This document shows, piece after piece, positions 40,685-50,502 of a stretch of 64,000 nt of DNA. The notes beneath the pieces are model-generated. The model was given only the letters and a program-made list of their open reading frames with translations, did no database searches and was not told where the DNA came from. Source of the DNA: Dehalococcoidia bacterium (GTDB taxonomy: Bacteria > Chloroflexota > Dehalococcoidia > Plut-88900). The translations under genes and the position numbers were made by a program. The stretch's first letter is position 1. Each line of letters opens with the position of its first letter. The stretch lies in assembly GCA_965197645.1 (NCBI GenBank), contig OZ240219.1:832001-896000 (forward strand). The letters are read 5' to 3'.

Positions 40685-41953
40685 ATGAACGGAGACATGG
40701 ACCTTCCATCCCCACTCGGCCCCTATCGGGTGCTGGACCTGAGCAGCGGGCACGCCGCCATCTGCGCCAGGCTCCTGGCCGATCTGGGGGCGGACGTGGT
40801 CAAGATCGAGCCGCCGGGAGGAGACCCTTCCCGGAGGGACAAACCTTTCCACGAAGGAATCGACGGGCCGGAGCGGAGCATGGACTGGTGGGCTTTCAAC
40901 TCCAACAAGCGCAGCGTCACCCTCGACATAGAAAATGACGAGGGACGAGAGCTTCTGCTACGCCTCATCGATGGGGCGGACTTCCTCGTTGAGACCTTTC
41001 CGCCGGGGCAGTTGCACCGGCTGGGGATGGGGTTTCAAGCGCTGCAAGAACGCAGACCGGGCCTGATAGCGGTCTCGATAACTCCCTTCGGACAATCGGG
41101 CCCCTATTCCGGTTACCAGGGCCCCGACATCGTCATGCAGGCTATGGGCGGGTTCATGCACGTCACCGGGGAGGAGGACGGGCCTCCCATGCGTATCGGC
41201 TATCCCAACGCCTTCCTGCACGCAGGCGTCGAAGGGGCTGTAGGGGCCCTCATCGCCAGCTACCATCGCCTCTCCACGGGCGAGGGACAACACGTCGATG
41301 TTTCGGCCCAGCAGTGTGTCGTCTGGACACTTATGGACGTGACCGCCACGTGGGACCTGACACAGGAAAATCTGCGGAGATCGGGTAACACCAACACGTG
41401 GGACAAGTCGGGTCGAAGCTTCAGGCACCACTTCCCCTGTAAAGACGGCTACGTTAGCTACTCCAGTGGGGCCGGCGTGAGGGACGCGAAGAACCCTGCC
41501 CCCTTTTACAAGATGGTGGAAGAGGATGGGTACGATGCCCAATCGATCGCTTCCAAGAGGTGGATGTCCGCCGACGTGGCCCGCTCCGATCTCACGACGG
41601 AAGAAGTGGAGGAGGGGGAGGCGTTTACCGCTTCGTTCCTGGCAGGGCACACCAGGCAGGAGCTGTACGACGTCGCCCTGGCTGCCCGGTTCCTGTTCGC
41701 TCCGGTGCTGGCGCCTCGGGAGGTGACCCGGAACTATCAGATGCGCGCAAGAGAAAGCGTGCTGGAGGTGGAGCAGACGGGCGACGGTAAGCTGATGCCC
41801 TTCCCGGGGCCGGCAGCGAAATTCAGCCGATCGCCGGGCCGGATCAGCCGTCGAGCGCCTCGTATCGGCGAGCACAACTATGAGATATACGGGGAAGAGA
41901 TGGGTCTATCCAATGACGAATTGGACCGGCTGAAAGCGGCCGGTGTTATCTAG
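40685..41953 (+). CDS. Family III CoA-transferase, BbsE-like subunit lacking the catalytic Asp
   Basis: RVLDL, LADLGADVVKIEPPGGD, NKRS and SITPFGQ.GP motifs; PNAFLHAG at the position of the catalytic Asp. Confidence 0.88.
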   Translation: MNGDMDLPSPLGPYRVLDLSSGHAAICARLLADLGADVVKIEPPGGDPSRRDKPFHEGIDGPERSMDWWAFNSNKRSVTLDIENDEGRELLLRLIDGADFLVETFPPGQLHRLGMGFQALQERRPGLIAVSITPFGQSGPYSGYQGPDIVMQAMGGFMHVTGEEDGPPMRIGYPNAFLHAGVEGAVGALIASYHRLSTGEGQHVDVSAQQCVVWTLMDVTATWDLTQENLRRSGNTNTWDKSGRSFRHHFPCKDGYVSYSSGAGVRDAKNPAPFYKMVEEDGYDAQSIASKRWMSADVARSDLTTEEVEEGEAFTASFLAGHTRQELYDVALAARFLFAPVLAPREVTRNYQMRARESVLEVEQTGDGKLMPFPGPAAKFSRSPGRISRRAPRIGEHNYEIYGEEMGLSNDELDRLKAAGVI

Positions 41954-41989
41954 GCAACAATGAAATCGCGACAAGCGAGGGGGTGAGGA

Positions 41990-43192
41990 ATGACATTACC
42001 TCTGGAAGGCGTAAAGGTCCTCGATTTGACAAGAATGGCTCCCGGGCCCTTCTGCACCATGGTCCTCGGCGACCTGGGCGCCGACGTATTGAAGGTGGAG
42101 GAGGTAGGGCTTACGGGACGAAGGGCCGCCGTTCCCGGGGCACGGGAGGGGGCGGGGTGGCTGAACCGGACCGAGCAGGAGGCCGCCTACGACGCCACGG
42201 GTCGCAACAAGAGGAGCATCGCCCTGAACCTGAAGGACGATAAGGCCCGTGAGATTTTCTACAAGCTGGCAAAGGACACCGATGTCCTGATCGAGGAGTT
42301 CCGGCCCGGAGTCGTGAAGAGGCTGGGCGTGGACTACGATACCATCAAACAGCTCAACCCCAGCGTCATCTACTGCTCCGTCACTGGGTACGGACAGACC
42401 GGGCCCTACAAGGACATGGTGGGCCACGATCTGAACTACACCTCTACGGCCGGCGCGCAGGGCGCCATCGGCACGGCGGATGGCCAGCACGCTATACCCT
42501 GGAACCTGCTCGCCGACTACGCCGGAGGGGGCCTCACCACGGCCGTGGCGGTGCTGGGAGCGCTGGTGCATCGTCATGCTACGGGAGAGGGAAAATACGT
42601 CGATGTGGCGATGACCGACGGCGTGGTCTACCTGATGGCCACGATGTTCAGCGAAGCCCTGCAGAACGGGTCTAAACTCGAGCTGGGCAAGGGCAACCTG
42701 GCCGGAGGAGACCCTCGATACAACGTGTACAGGACCAAAGACGGCAAGTACATCAGCATCGCCAGCCTGGAGCCCTGGTTCTACCAGACCCTCTGCAGGG
42801 TGATGGGCCTGGAGAAACTGGAATCGTTTATCTCCACGGGCCAGGAGGACGAACGGGTGCACAAGGCCTTCGAGGAGGCGTTCAAGACGAAGACTAGGGA
42901 CGAGTGGTTCGACATCCTGGCCGAAGAGGATACCTGCGTAGGACGGGTGTACTCCCTGGACGAGGTGCCCTCGGACCCGCAGGTGAAAGCCCGCGAAATG
43001 ATCGTCGATATGGACCACCCTTCGATGGGGAAGGTCCAGCAGGTGGGCGTGCCCTTCAAGTACGCCGGCGATTCCCTGGCCCCGAGAAGCTTTTCGCCCA
43101 TGCACGGCCAGCACACCCTGGAGGTCCTGGCCGACCTGGGTTACACCGGTGAGGAGATAGAGTCCCTCAAGGAATCGGGCGCCGTAAAGTAA
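41990..43192 (+). CDS. CaiB/BaiF family CoA-transferase (AMACR-like)
   Basis: PLEGVKVLDLTR.APGP, RNKRSI, FRPGV, GYGQTGP, GHDLNY and LADYAGG motifs. Confidence 0.92.
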   Translation: MTLPLEGVKVLDLTRMAPGPFCTMVLGDLGADVLKVEEVGLTGRRAAVPGAREGAGWLNRTEQEAAYDATGRNKRSIALNLKDDKAREIFYKLAKDTDVLIEEFRPGVVKRLGVDYDTIKQLNPSVIYCSVTGYGQTGPYKDMVGHDLNYTSTAGAQGAIGTADGQHAIPWNLLADYAGGGLTTAVAVLGALVHRHATGEGKYVDVAMTDGVVYLMATMFSEALQNGSKLELGKGNLAGGDPRYNVYRTKDGKYISIASLEPWFYQTLCRVMGLEKLESFISTGQEDERVHKAFEEAFKTKTRDEWFDILAEEDTCVGRVYSLDEVPSDPQVKAREMIVDMDHPSMGKVQQVGVPFKYAGDSLAPRSFSPMHGQHTLEVLADLGYTGEEIESLKESGAVK

Positions 43193-43221
43193 GGCTAGCG
43201 GGGTGCTGAAAAACCCTTTAA

Positions 43222-43586
43222 CGACCATCCCCCTGGCCCCCTTCCTGGCAGGAAGGGGGTAAAGAAAATGGGATAATTTCTGAGGGACACCCCTCGGCGG
43301 GCTCAGGGCAGGCTCTCAGACTCCCGGCAGAGGGGCACAGCCCCTCTGTGCAGCCCCTGTTCCATCAGGCTGCTAGCCACCTGGGGCGGAATCCCCTTTC
43401 TGACCCACAAGAAAGGAAGAAATCGTATCTGAGGGACACGCCTCAGCGGCCCCAGGGCAGGCTCTCATACTCCCCGCAAAGGAGGATTCCTCGACGGACT
43501 CGGAATGACCTGACCACGAGCACCCTATAGCTCAGGCTCCCAGCAGGCAGTCCCAGGCAAAGGGGCTTAGCGCATCTACACACCCC
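43222..43586 (+). repeat. Composite intergenic repeat, family B (partially duplicated)
   Basis: TCTGAGGGACAC..CTC.GCGG.C.CAGGGCAGGCTCTCA.ACTCCC occurs twice (about 43279 and 43427); homologous to 14131-14264; lies between convergent genes. Confidence 0.75.
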
Positions 43587-43601
43587 TAGCTCGTCAGCCG
43601 T

Positions 43602-44540
43602 TTAGGGGTCCAGAACGTTTATGGGAGCGCCTTCCAGGTAGGCCCTGACCACGTTGACGGCGATCTGGAGCATGTTGCGCTTGGCGCCGGGAGTGTCGTA
43701 GGCGACGTGGGGAGTCAGGACGGTGTTGTCCAACTCTGCGAGGGGGTCGCTGGTAACGGGCTCGTTGGCGTATACGTCGGTGGCGAAGCCGGCGATACGG
43801 CCGTCCCTCAGCACTTCCAGCAGCGCCTCCTGGTCCACTACCGGCCCCCGCGAGACGTTTATCAGGTAGGCGTCCTTTCTCATCAGGCTTAGCTCGTGAG
43901 AACCGACGATACCCCTGGTGTTGTCGTTCAGCACCGGCGCACACTGGATGTAGTCGGATGAGGACATCAGCTCGTCCATGGAGACGAAGGTCAAGTTGTG
44001 CGCCTTGGCCCGTTCGTCAGAGGGCCGTTTCGTGTAGCAGAGCACCTTCATCCCCAGGGCGTTGCCGATGGCCGCCAGCTCCGCACCCAGGCCGCCCAGG
44101 CCTATGATCCCCAAGGTGGCGCCTCTAATCTCCGTGCCTTCGAAGTCGGCCCATTCGCCCCGGCGCATCGACCTGTCGGCCTGGACCACGTGCCGGGCGA
44201 GATCGAACATCAACGCGATGCCGTGCTCGGCCACCGCCAGGTCGCCGTAGTGGGGCGTGTTGCAGATTGTTATTCCCTTGGAGCGGGCGTTCTTCATGTC
44301 CAGCTGGCTCTCGGGGCCGATACCCATGTAGACGACCATCTCGAGCTTGCTGAGCTGGTCCAGCATTTCGTTGGAGATGTTGACCCAGCCCCACACCATC
44401 AGCTCGGTGTCACGGCAGCGGTCCAGGAAAACGTCGTCGCTTGGGGCATCGTAGTAGTACTCGGCGCGGGCGATGTCCGCCAAGGGGTCTTCGGCGAGAG
44501 GCTCGAACCCTGCGATGTCTGCAAATACGACCTTCTTCAT
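43602..44540 (-). CDS. D-isomer specific 2-hydroxyacid dehydrogenase
   Basis: NTPHY...VAEH, GIIGLGGLG, LINVSRG, DVY.NEP and LTPHVA motifs. Confidence 0.92.
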   Translation of the reverse strand: MKKVVFADIAGFEPLAEDPLADIARAEYYYDAPSDDVFLDRCRDTELMVWGWVNISNEMLDQLSKLEMVVYMGIGPESQLDMKNARSKGITICNTPHYGDLAVAEHGIALMFDLARHVVQADRSMRRGEWADFEGTEIRGATLGIIGLGGLGAELAAIGNALGMKVLCYTKRPSDERAKAHNLTFVSMDELMSSSDYIQCAPVLNDNTRGIVGSHELSLMRKDAYLINVSRGPVVDQEALLEVLRDGRIAGFATDVYANEPVTSDPLAELDNTVLTPHVAYDTPGAKRNMLQIAVNVVRAYLEGAPINVLDP

Positions 44541-44665
44541 AGAGATTGCCTCCCGGTTGTCGTGGATGGTGTAACGACGCCTGCCGCGCATTGTAATACT
44601 ACCCGGGACATTACGGAACACCCCGACGGGTTAGTCGATTACGAGGGTGACGGGGTAGTTGTCGG

Positions 44666-45667
44666 CTAGGCCTGCCACCGGTGGACGCTGCGGAACAGGA
44701 ACCACCCACTGCCCAGCACCACCACGCTCAGGTAGTTTATCGTACGGTCCAGAAGGGCGATGGACACCGCGTGTTCCCAGGGCAGTGCCGTAGCCAGAAG
44801 CCCGGTCATGCTGGCTTCGACCAGCCCCAGGCCGCCAGGCGTGATGGGAAAGCTGGTAATCAGGGATGCGGCCAGCGCCACGAACAGGACCAGCGCCAAG
44901 TCCACCGAGTAATCCAGTGCCTCGACTACCATGTACAACCGGACCGACTCGCAGGCCCAGATTCCTATACTCAGGACCGTCAGCCACGGCCAACGTCGAA
45001 AGCTCTTCAGGGTGCCGTGCCTGAAGTCAGCGTAGCCGGACCTGAACCTGGCCGGAACGAATCGCCTTGGGTTCACTCCGGAGGCGGCAAGGATGAGGGC
45101 GATGCCGGCCAGAAGAGCGCAGGCGATGAGTGCGGAAAGCAGGACGGGCCCGGCTATCGGAGCGGCTGGGGTGCTCAACAGGGCCAGGGCTGTGACCAGC
45201 ATGAAGGCGAAGGTGAGTATGGTATCGATGATCCGCTCGCTGAGCAGGCTCCCGGCTATCAGGGCGAAGCTGCTTCCCGAGTCGCGGGACACGTGGTAGC
45301 AGCGATAGACGAACCCCATCCTGAAAACGGTGACGGAGTTGACGAACCATCCCAGGAAGGAGAGCTCGGAGAGGCGGGTCACCGGCACGTTCGGCGAACC
45401 GACGTTCTCCAGCAGGTGGCGCCAGCGCAGCCCCCTCAGGGGAAAGATCAGGTAGTAGCTGAGGAAGGCGAGCCCGTACCACAGAATGTTGTTTCCGCCC
45501 ACCCGGTCCCATGTGGAGGAGAAATCGAAATCAAACTTGGCTACCAGGAAGTAGACCAGGGAGACTGCAACCGCTACGGAAAAGAGGTTGGGGATGTTGA
45601 GGACACGACGCCTGAGAGAAGCTCCCTTGTCCGGCTCCTCTTGTAGACTGGGAGAGGATGTGATCAT
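44666..45667 (-). CDS. Lysylphosphatidylglycerol synthase TM / UPF0104 flippase-like membrane protein
   Basis: RGLRW..LL, ERIID, P.TPGGLG.VE and LDR motifs; multiple TM helices. Confidence 0.88.
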   Translation of the reverse strand: MITSSPSLQEEPDKGASLRRRVLNIPNLFSVAVAVSLVYFLVAKFDFDFSSTWDRVGGNNILWYGLAFLSYYLIFPLRGLRWRHLLENVGSPNVPVTRLSELSFLGWFVNSVTVFRMGFVYRCYHVSRDSGSSFALIAGSLLSERIIDTILTFAFMLVTALALLSTPAAPIAGPVLLSALIACALLAGIALILAASGVNPRRFVPARFRSGYADFRHGTLKSFRRWPWLTVLSIGIWACESVRLYMVVEALDYSVDLALVLFVALAASLITSFPITPGGLGLVEASMTGLLATALPWEHAVSIALLDRTINYLSVVVLGSGWFLFRSVHRWQA

Positions 45668-45684
45668 GTGCCTTTGATTCGGCT

Positions 45685-46410
45685 TTACAAGGGGTGTCGG
45701 AGCGGTACGCCCGGTCTTCTAGGATATTCTAAGGGTGTTGGCAAGGTCTTGGACACGACTATCAGCTTGCGATCCGGTCCCAGGCCTTCCAGATCGACCT
45801 GTAGGACTCTCTCCAATTCTCCCCCAAGCTTCGATAGGGCGTTGGCCGGTCCGCCCGGCTCATCCGCGTACGAGGCGTCCTTTTGCAGGACCACCCTGCC
45901 GCCTACCTTGCTGAAAGGAAGCGTAAGCTCCAGCAGTGTTCTCAGGTTGGCGACGGACCTGCCGACCACCAGGTCGAAGGTCTCTCGATAGACCGGCTCG
46001 TGGGCCAGGGTCTCGGCGCGTGCAGTGACTACGTGTACCCGGTCCAGCTCCAGGGTTTCGATCAGCTGCTCCAGGAACTTCGTCTTCTTTCCAATCGAGT
46101 CCAGCAGGGATAGATGGACAGGGGGGAAAGCTATCTTCAGGGGGACGCCGGGGAAGCCCGCCCCACTGCCCACGTCGAGCACCCTCAGGCCCGAGATGTC
46201 GCCGTTGGGGAAGGCGCGGATGAGGGAAAGGGAGTCCAGGAAGTGTTTCACCTGCACGTCTTCCCGGTCCACGATGCGGGTAAGGTTCGTTGTCCGGTTC
46301 CACTCGATGAGCAGGCGATGGTAGGACTCGAACTGGGAGATCTGGCTATCGTTCAGCCGGAGGCCCAGGGCCTGGGCGCCTCGCACCAGCGTCTGCATAT
46401 CGGTCATCAT
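45685..46410 (-). CDS. rsmG: 16S rRNA (guanine527-N7)-methyltransferase
   Basis: WN..TNLT, KHFLDSL, DVGSGAGFPG, RAE and YPR.PG.P motifs. Confidence 0.96.
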   Translation of the reverse strand: MMTDMQTLVRGAQALGLRLNDSQISQFESYHRLLIEWNRTTNLTRIVDREDVQVKHFLDSLSLIRAFPNGDISGLRVLDVGSGAGFPGVPLKIAFPPVHLSLLDSIGKKTKFLEQLIETLELDRVHVVTARAETLAHEPVYRETFDLVVGRSVANLRTLLELTLPFSKVGGRVVLQKDASYADEPGGPANALSKLGGELERVLQVDLEGLGPDRKLIVVSKTLPTPLEYPRRPGVPLRHPL

Positions 46411-46450
46411 CCTACGCCCATGGTCGACCCGTTGAAAGCGGAGCGGTTCA

Positions 46451-46480
46451 TTGACACCCTTTTGTACCCAGGAATAGAAT
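46451..46480 (+). promoter_or_regulatory. Sigma70-type promoter
   Basis: TTGACA(46451)-N18-TAGAAT(46475). Confidence 0.65.
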
Positions 46481-46548
46481 AGGCACGCCGCAGAAGATTC
46501 GTTTTATCACACCATTTTTGTATCGGCAACGTTGAAGGGGGTTGGCGC

Positions 46549-46788
46549 ATGGCAACCAAGGCTTTCGTCCTGATCGAGACGTCCGTAGGCAAGACACGGG
46601 AGGTTGTGGAGGCGATGAAGGCGGTTTCCGGGGTGGTCTCCGTCGATGCGGTCACCGGCCCCTACGACATCATCGCCGTGCTGGAGGCCGACGATCTCAA
46701 CACTATCGGCGAGTTGGTCACCAACAAGGTACACACCGTGGGCAGCGTAGTGAGGACGGTAACCTGCCTGGCGGTGTCCCTGCCCTAG
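46549..46788 (+). CDS. Stand-alone Lrp/AsnC ligand-binding (RAM) domain protein
   Basis: KAFVLI...VTGPYDIIA...V.RTVT motif, 79 aa with no HTH. Confidence 0.9.
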   Translation: MATKAFVLIETSVGKTREVVEAMKAVSGVVSVDAVTGPYDIIAVLEADDLNTIGELVTNKVHTVGSVVRTVTCLAVSLP

Positions 46789-46804
46789 AATCCAGAGAGC
46801 AGTC

Positions 46805-47803
46805 ATGATTCAAGCGCATTGGACTGAAAACGGGATCGAAGTAGTAGACACCGAGCCGCGTCCGCTAAAGGACGACTGGGTCCGCCTCAAGGTAGCCGTC
46901 TGCGGGATATGCGGGTCCGATCTTCACGCCTATCGAGGCCACGAAACCGCGACGCTAGGCATGGTGCCGGGCCACGAGATGGTCGGCACGGTGGAAGACG
47001 GCGGGAAGGGGCTGTCGGACAGCCTGTACGCCGTTGAACCCATCCTCTTCTGTGGCCAGTGCGATTTCTGCGCCAACGGCCAGCGACAGCTCTGCCGGGA
47101 GCACGGTCTCCTGGGTTACGTCTCGCCCGGTGGGTTCGCCGAATACGTCAATCTTCCCCGGTACACTCTGCACCCCGTCGACCCCTCGATATCTCCGCTG
47201 ACGGCCTCCATCGTAGAGCCGCTGGCGTGCGGGTACCGGGGAGTGCAGCTGGGTAGGCTGGAGCTGGACAGCCGAGTTCTGGTACAGGGGGCGGGCACCA
47301 TTGGTCTCGTCACGGCTCTCCTGGCCAGGGACAGGGCCCACGAGGTGGCGATCACCACCCGATATCCTCACCAGGTAGAGGCGGCGAAGAAGCTGAGACT
47401 GCTTCCCCTGGGTGAGAACGATTGGGAGGACTGGGCCGCCGACCGGGAGCCCGACGTGGTAATCGAGACCGTGGGCGGAGCGGCGGATACGATAAACGAG
47501 GCCATCAAGGCCTGCCGCCGCGGGGGTCGAGTTGTCGTGGTGGGCATCTTCACCGAGCCTTCCTCCATAGACTCGCTGGCCCTGGTGGTAAAAGAAGTGG
47601 ACATCATCGGGTCCAGCATGTACGGTCGGGGCGTACGAGGGTCGGAGTTCGGCGGGACCGTCGAGCTGCTGACCCGTTACGGGGGCGAGTTCGACGGCAT
47701 GCTCACCCATCAGTTCCCGCTGGACTCGATCAAGGACGCCTTCGCCTGCGCCAACGACAAGTCGTCCCAATCCATCAAGGTCACCGTGGTGTCGGCTGAT
47801 TGA
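46805..47803 (+). CDS. Zn-dependent (MDR) alcohol dehydrogenase
   Basis: CGICGSDLH, GHE, CxxCxxCx7C and GAGTIG motifs. Confidence 0.93.
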   Translation: MIQAHWTENGIEVVDTEPRPLKDDWVRLKVAVCGICGSDLHAYRGHETATLGMVPGHEMVGTVEDGGKGLSDSLYAVEPILFCGQCDFCANGQRQLCREHGLLGYVSPGGFAEYVNLPRYTLHPVDPSISPLTASIVEPLACGYRGVQLGRLELDSRVLVQGAGTIGLVTALLARDRAHEVAITTRYPHQVEAAKKLRLLPLGENDWEDWAADREPDVVIETVGGAADTINEAIKACRRGGRVVVVGIFTEPSSIDSLALVVKEVDIIGSSMYGRGVRGSEFGGTVELLTRYGGEFDGMLTHQFPLDSIKDAFACANDKSSQSIKVTVVSAD

Positions 47804-47855
47804 CGCCCTGACATAGAGCGAATTTCGAACCCTAGGCAACTGAAGGGAAAGCCCC

Positions 47856-49031
47856 ATGGAGTTTCAGTTCACTCCCGAAGAAGAATCGTTCCGTAGAGAG
47901 CTTAAAGAGTTCTTTGCTAACGAGAAGCCGGAGGGGTGGGACGATCTCCAGCCCGACATCTACGCCGAAGGCAAGCTCGAAGCGCAGATGCGGGACAAGC
48001 TGGGCCAGCGGGGCTGGCGCACCATGGCGTGGCCGAAGGAGTACGGCGGCCGGGACGCTTCCACCATGATGCAGCTCATCTTCCACGAAGAGCTCACCTA
48101 CAATGAGGGCAGAAGGATAGAGGACCAGGGCACCGATTTCATTGGCCCCACCATCATTCTCCACGGCTCCGACGAGCAGAAACAGCAGCACCTCAACGGA
48201 ATCTCAACGGGCGCGGAGTTCTGGTGCCAGGGCTTCAGCGAGCCGGAGGCCGGCTCCGACCTGGCAGGTCTACAGACCAGGGCCGTCGAGGACGGGGACT
48301 ATTATGTGATCAACGGCCGCAAGATATGGACCAGCTACGCCCACCTGGCCAACTGGATGCACATCCTGACCCGCACCGACTCCGACGCTCCCAAACACAG
48401 GGGCATAACCTATTTCCTCCTGGACATGAGCACCCCCGGCATCAGCATTCGGCCCCTGATCACCATGGCCAACGAGCACACCTTCAACGAGGTCACCTTC
48501 GACGACGTACGGGTGCCCAAGGAGAACATGCTTGGCGAGAAGAACCGGGGCTGGTACGTCGCTATGGCCGCGCTGGACTATGAGAGATCGGGCGTGGAGT
48601 TTCCCGCCGCCGCCAGGAGATTGCTGGACCAGCTTGTAGAGTACGCCAAGGAGACCCGGGTCAACGGCGGCGGCCTGGCCGACGACCCCGCTGTTTCCGC
48701 CAAGCTGGCGGAACGGGCCGTCGAGATCGAGGTCAGCCGGCTCCTCTGCTACCGGATCGGCTGGATGCAGGGCAAGGGCATGGTCCCCAACCAGGAGGCC
48801 TCCATCGGTAAGCTTTTCGGCTCCGAAATGTCCCAGCGGCTGGCCCAGACGGGCATGGAGGTGCTGGGCCTGACCGGCCAGCTCCAGAGCGATTCCAAGT
48901 GGAACGTCTTGAAGGGCAAGGTGGAGAACTTCTACCTGAACTGCATCCCCATGACCATCTACTCCGGCACCTCAGAAGTCCAGAGAGGCATAATCGCCCG
49001 CCGCGGACTTGAACTGCCACGGGGCACCTAG
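47856..49031 (+). CDS. Acyl-CoA dehydrogenase, alpha-type subunit (FadE26/29/30-like) no. 1
   Basis: WPKEYGG, WCQGFSEPEAGSDLA, KHRGIT, FNEV.FDDV and SGTSEVQR motifs. Confidence 0.93.
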   Translation: MEFQFTPEEESFRRELKEFFANEKPEGWDDLQPDIYAEGKLEAQMRDKLGQRGWRTMAWPKEYGGRDASTMMQLIFHEELTYNEGRRIEDQGTDFIGPTIILHGSDEQKQQHLNGISTGAEFWCQGFSEPEAGSDLAGLQTRAVEDGDYYVINGRKIWTSYAHLANWMHILTRTDSDAPKHRGITYFLLDMSTPGISIRPLITMANEHTFNEVTFDDVRVPKENMLGEKNRGWYVAMAALDYERSGVEFPAAARRLLDQLVEYAKETRVNGGGLADDPAVSAKLAERAVEIEVSRLLCYRIGWMQGKGMVPNQEASIGKLFGSEMSQRLAQTGMEVLGLTGQLQSDSKWNVLKGKVENFYLNCIPMTIYSGTSEVQRGIIARRGLELPRGT

Positions 49032-49102
49032 GCCGTTCATCAGGCCGGCGTCATAACCCGGTGTTCATCACGTGGATGCCGGTTCCCAGGCTACCTCGAC
49101 AG

Positions 49103-50488
49103 ATGCTAAGACTTGCGAAGCTCCGAATGGTCACCGTGCCCATTCTGGCGGTGAGCCTGCTGGTCTTGGCCTGCGGCGGCAAGGTTGATTCAGAGCCGAC
49201 CTCCACCCCTCGACCTTCACCCACACGCACTCCCACGGCCTCGCCTACCCCATCAGTGCCCGCGCCTATTCCAGCGGAGTTTTCGGGCATGCCCACCGGT
49301 TGGATCAGCCAGTTCGGCTCCCCATCGGTTGACCGGGGCGAGGGGATAGCCCTGGACAGCCGGGGCAACGCCTACGTAGTGGGCACCGTCGGTGGGGAGC
49401 TGCCCGGGCAGAGCAGTCAAGGCTCGCGGGACGCGTTTCTTCGAGTGTACGGCAGAGATGGAGCGGTGCTGACGACCCTGCAGTTCGGTACGCCGGAATC
49501 GGACATCGCCACGTCCGTCGCGTTGGACGGGGACGGTAACGTCTACTTGGCAGGGACAACGGCGGGCGCTCTAGGGAACCAGGGTCACTTCGGTGGCGAG
49601 GACGGGTTCATCCGGAAGCTGTCCTCCGATCTGACGGAGACGTGGACGGTACAGTTGGGGTCCAGCGAAGATGAGAAGGTCGGCGGGATAGCGGTGGACG
49701 GAGAGGGCAATGTTTACATGGCGGGCGGAACGGAAGGGGAACTCGCGGGAGTTTCCAGCTCGGGTGGAACGGATGCCTTCGTTGCAAAGCTCAGCCCCAA
49801 CGGTCAGCAGGTGTGGCTGGCCCAGTTCGGGTCCGGCGCGGACGACGAGGCCGCGGGCGTAGCTATAGATTCCTCAGGCAACGTGTACGTGGCGGGCCAG
49901 ACCAAGGGCAAGCTGCCCGGCCAGGATAGCGGGGGCCGTACCGACGTCTTTCTCCGAATATACGACCCGTCAGGTGGGGAGGTCTGGACCGTCCAGTTCG
50001 GAACCGTCGAGGACGACCGGGCTACGGGAGTGATTCTCGACTCCGACGGCAACGTATACGTGGTGGGGGTCACGGGTGGAGCGTTGCCCGGCCAGGAGAG
50101 CTCGGGTGACGACGATGGCTTCATTCGCAGGTACGATACCGAGGGACAGGAGGTCTGGACGGCCCAGCTTGGCTCCAACCGGGTTGACGAGATCATCGGC
50201 GTGGCGCTGATGCAGTCCCAGGCCATCTACGTGGCGGGCTGGACCATGGGCGTGGTAGAGGGAACCTCCAGCGCCATAGGCGGCGACGCTTTTCTCAGCA
50301 GGTATGACCTCACGGGGCAGGAGCAGTGGGTTGTTCAGCTCGTGACATCGGAGTTCGACTGGGCCACCGGCATAGCGGTCGATGCAGATGGGGAGATACT
50401 CGTGGTGGGCCGTACCAACAGCACCCTGCCCGGCCAAAGTAGGGCGGGCAGCACGGATGTGTTCGTCATCCAGCTGTTGGAAGAGTAG
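49103..50488 (+). CDS. Lipoprotein with SBBP-type beta-propeller repeats
   Basis: Lipobox LVLAC, Pro/Thr linker, seven repeats of W..QFG...D....IA.D..GNVYVAG.T.G.LPGQ...G..D.F. Confidence 0.88.
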   Translation: MLRLAKLRMVTVPILAVSLLVLACGGKVDSEPTSTPRPSPTRTPTASPTPSVPAPIPAEFSGMPTGWISQFGSPSVDRGEGIALDSRGNAYVVGTVGGELPGQSSQGSRDAFLRVYGRDGAVLTTLQFGTPESDIATSVALDGDGNVYLAGTTAGALGNQGHFGGEDGFIRKLSSDLTETWTVQLGSSEDEKVGGIAVDGEGNVYMAGGTEGELAGVSSSGGTDAFVAKLSPNGQQVWLAQFGSGADDEAAGVAIDSSGNVYVAGQTKGKLPGQDSGGRTDVFLRIYDPSGGEVWTVQFGTVEDDRATGVILDSDGNVYVVGVTGGALPGQESSGDDDGFIRRYDTEGQEVWTAQLGSNRVDEIIGVALMQSQAIYVAGWTMGVVEGTSSAIGGDAFLSRYDLTGQEQWVVQLVTSEFDWATGIAVDADGEILVVGRTNSTLPGQSRAGSTDVFVIQLLEE

Positions 50489-50502
50489 CCGTCTCCGGTC
50501 CG

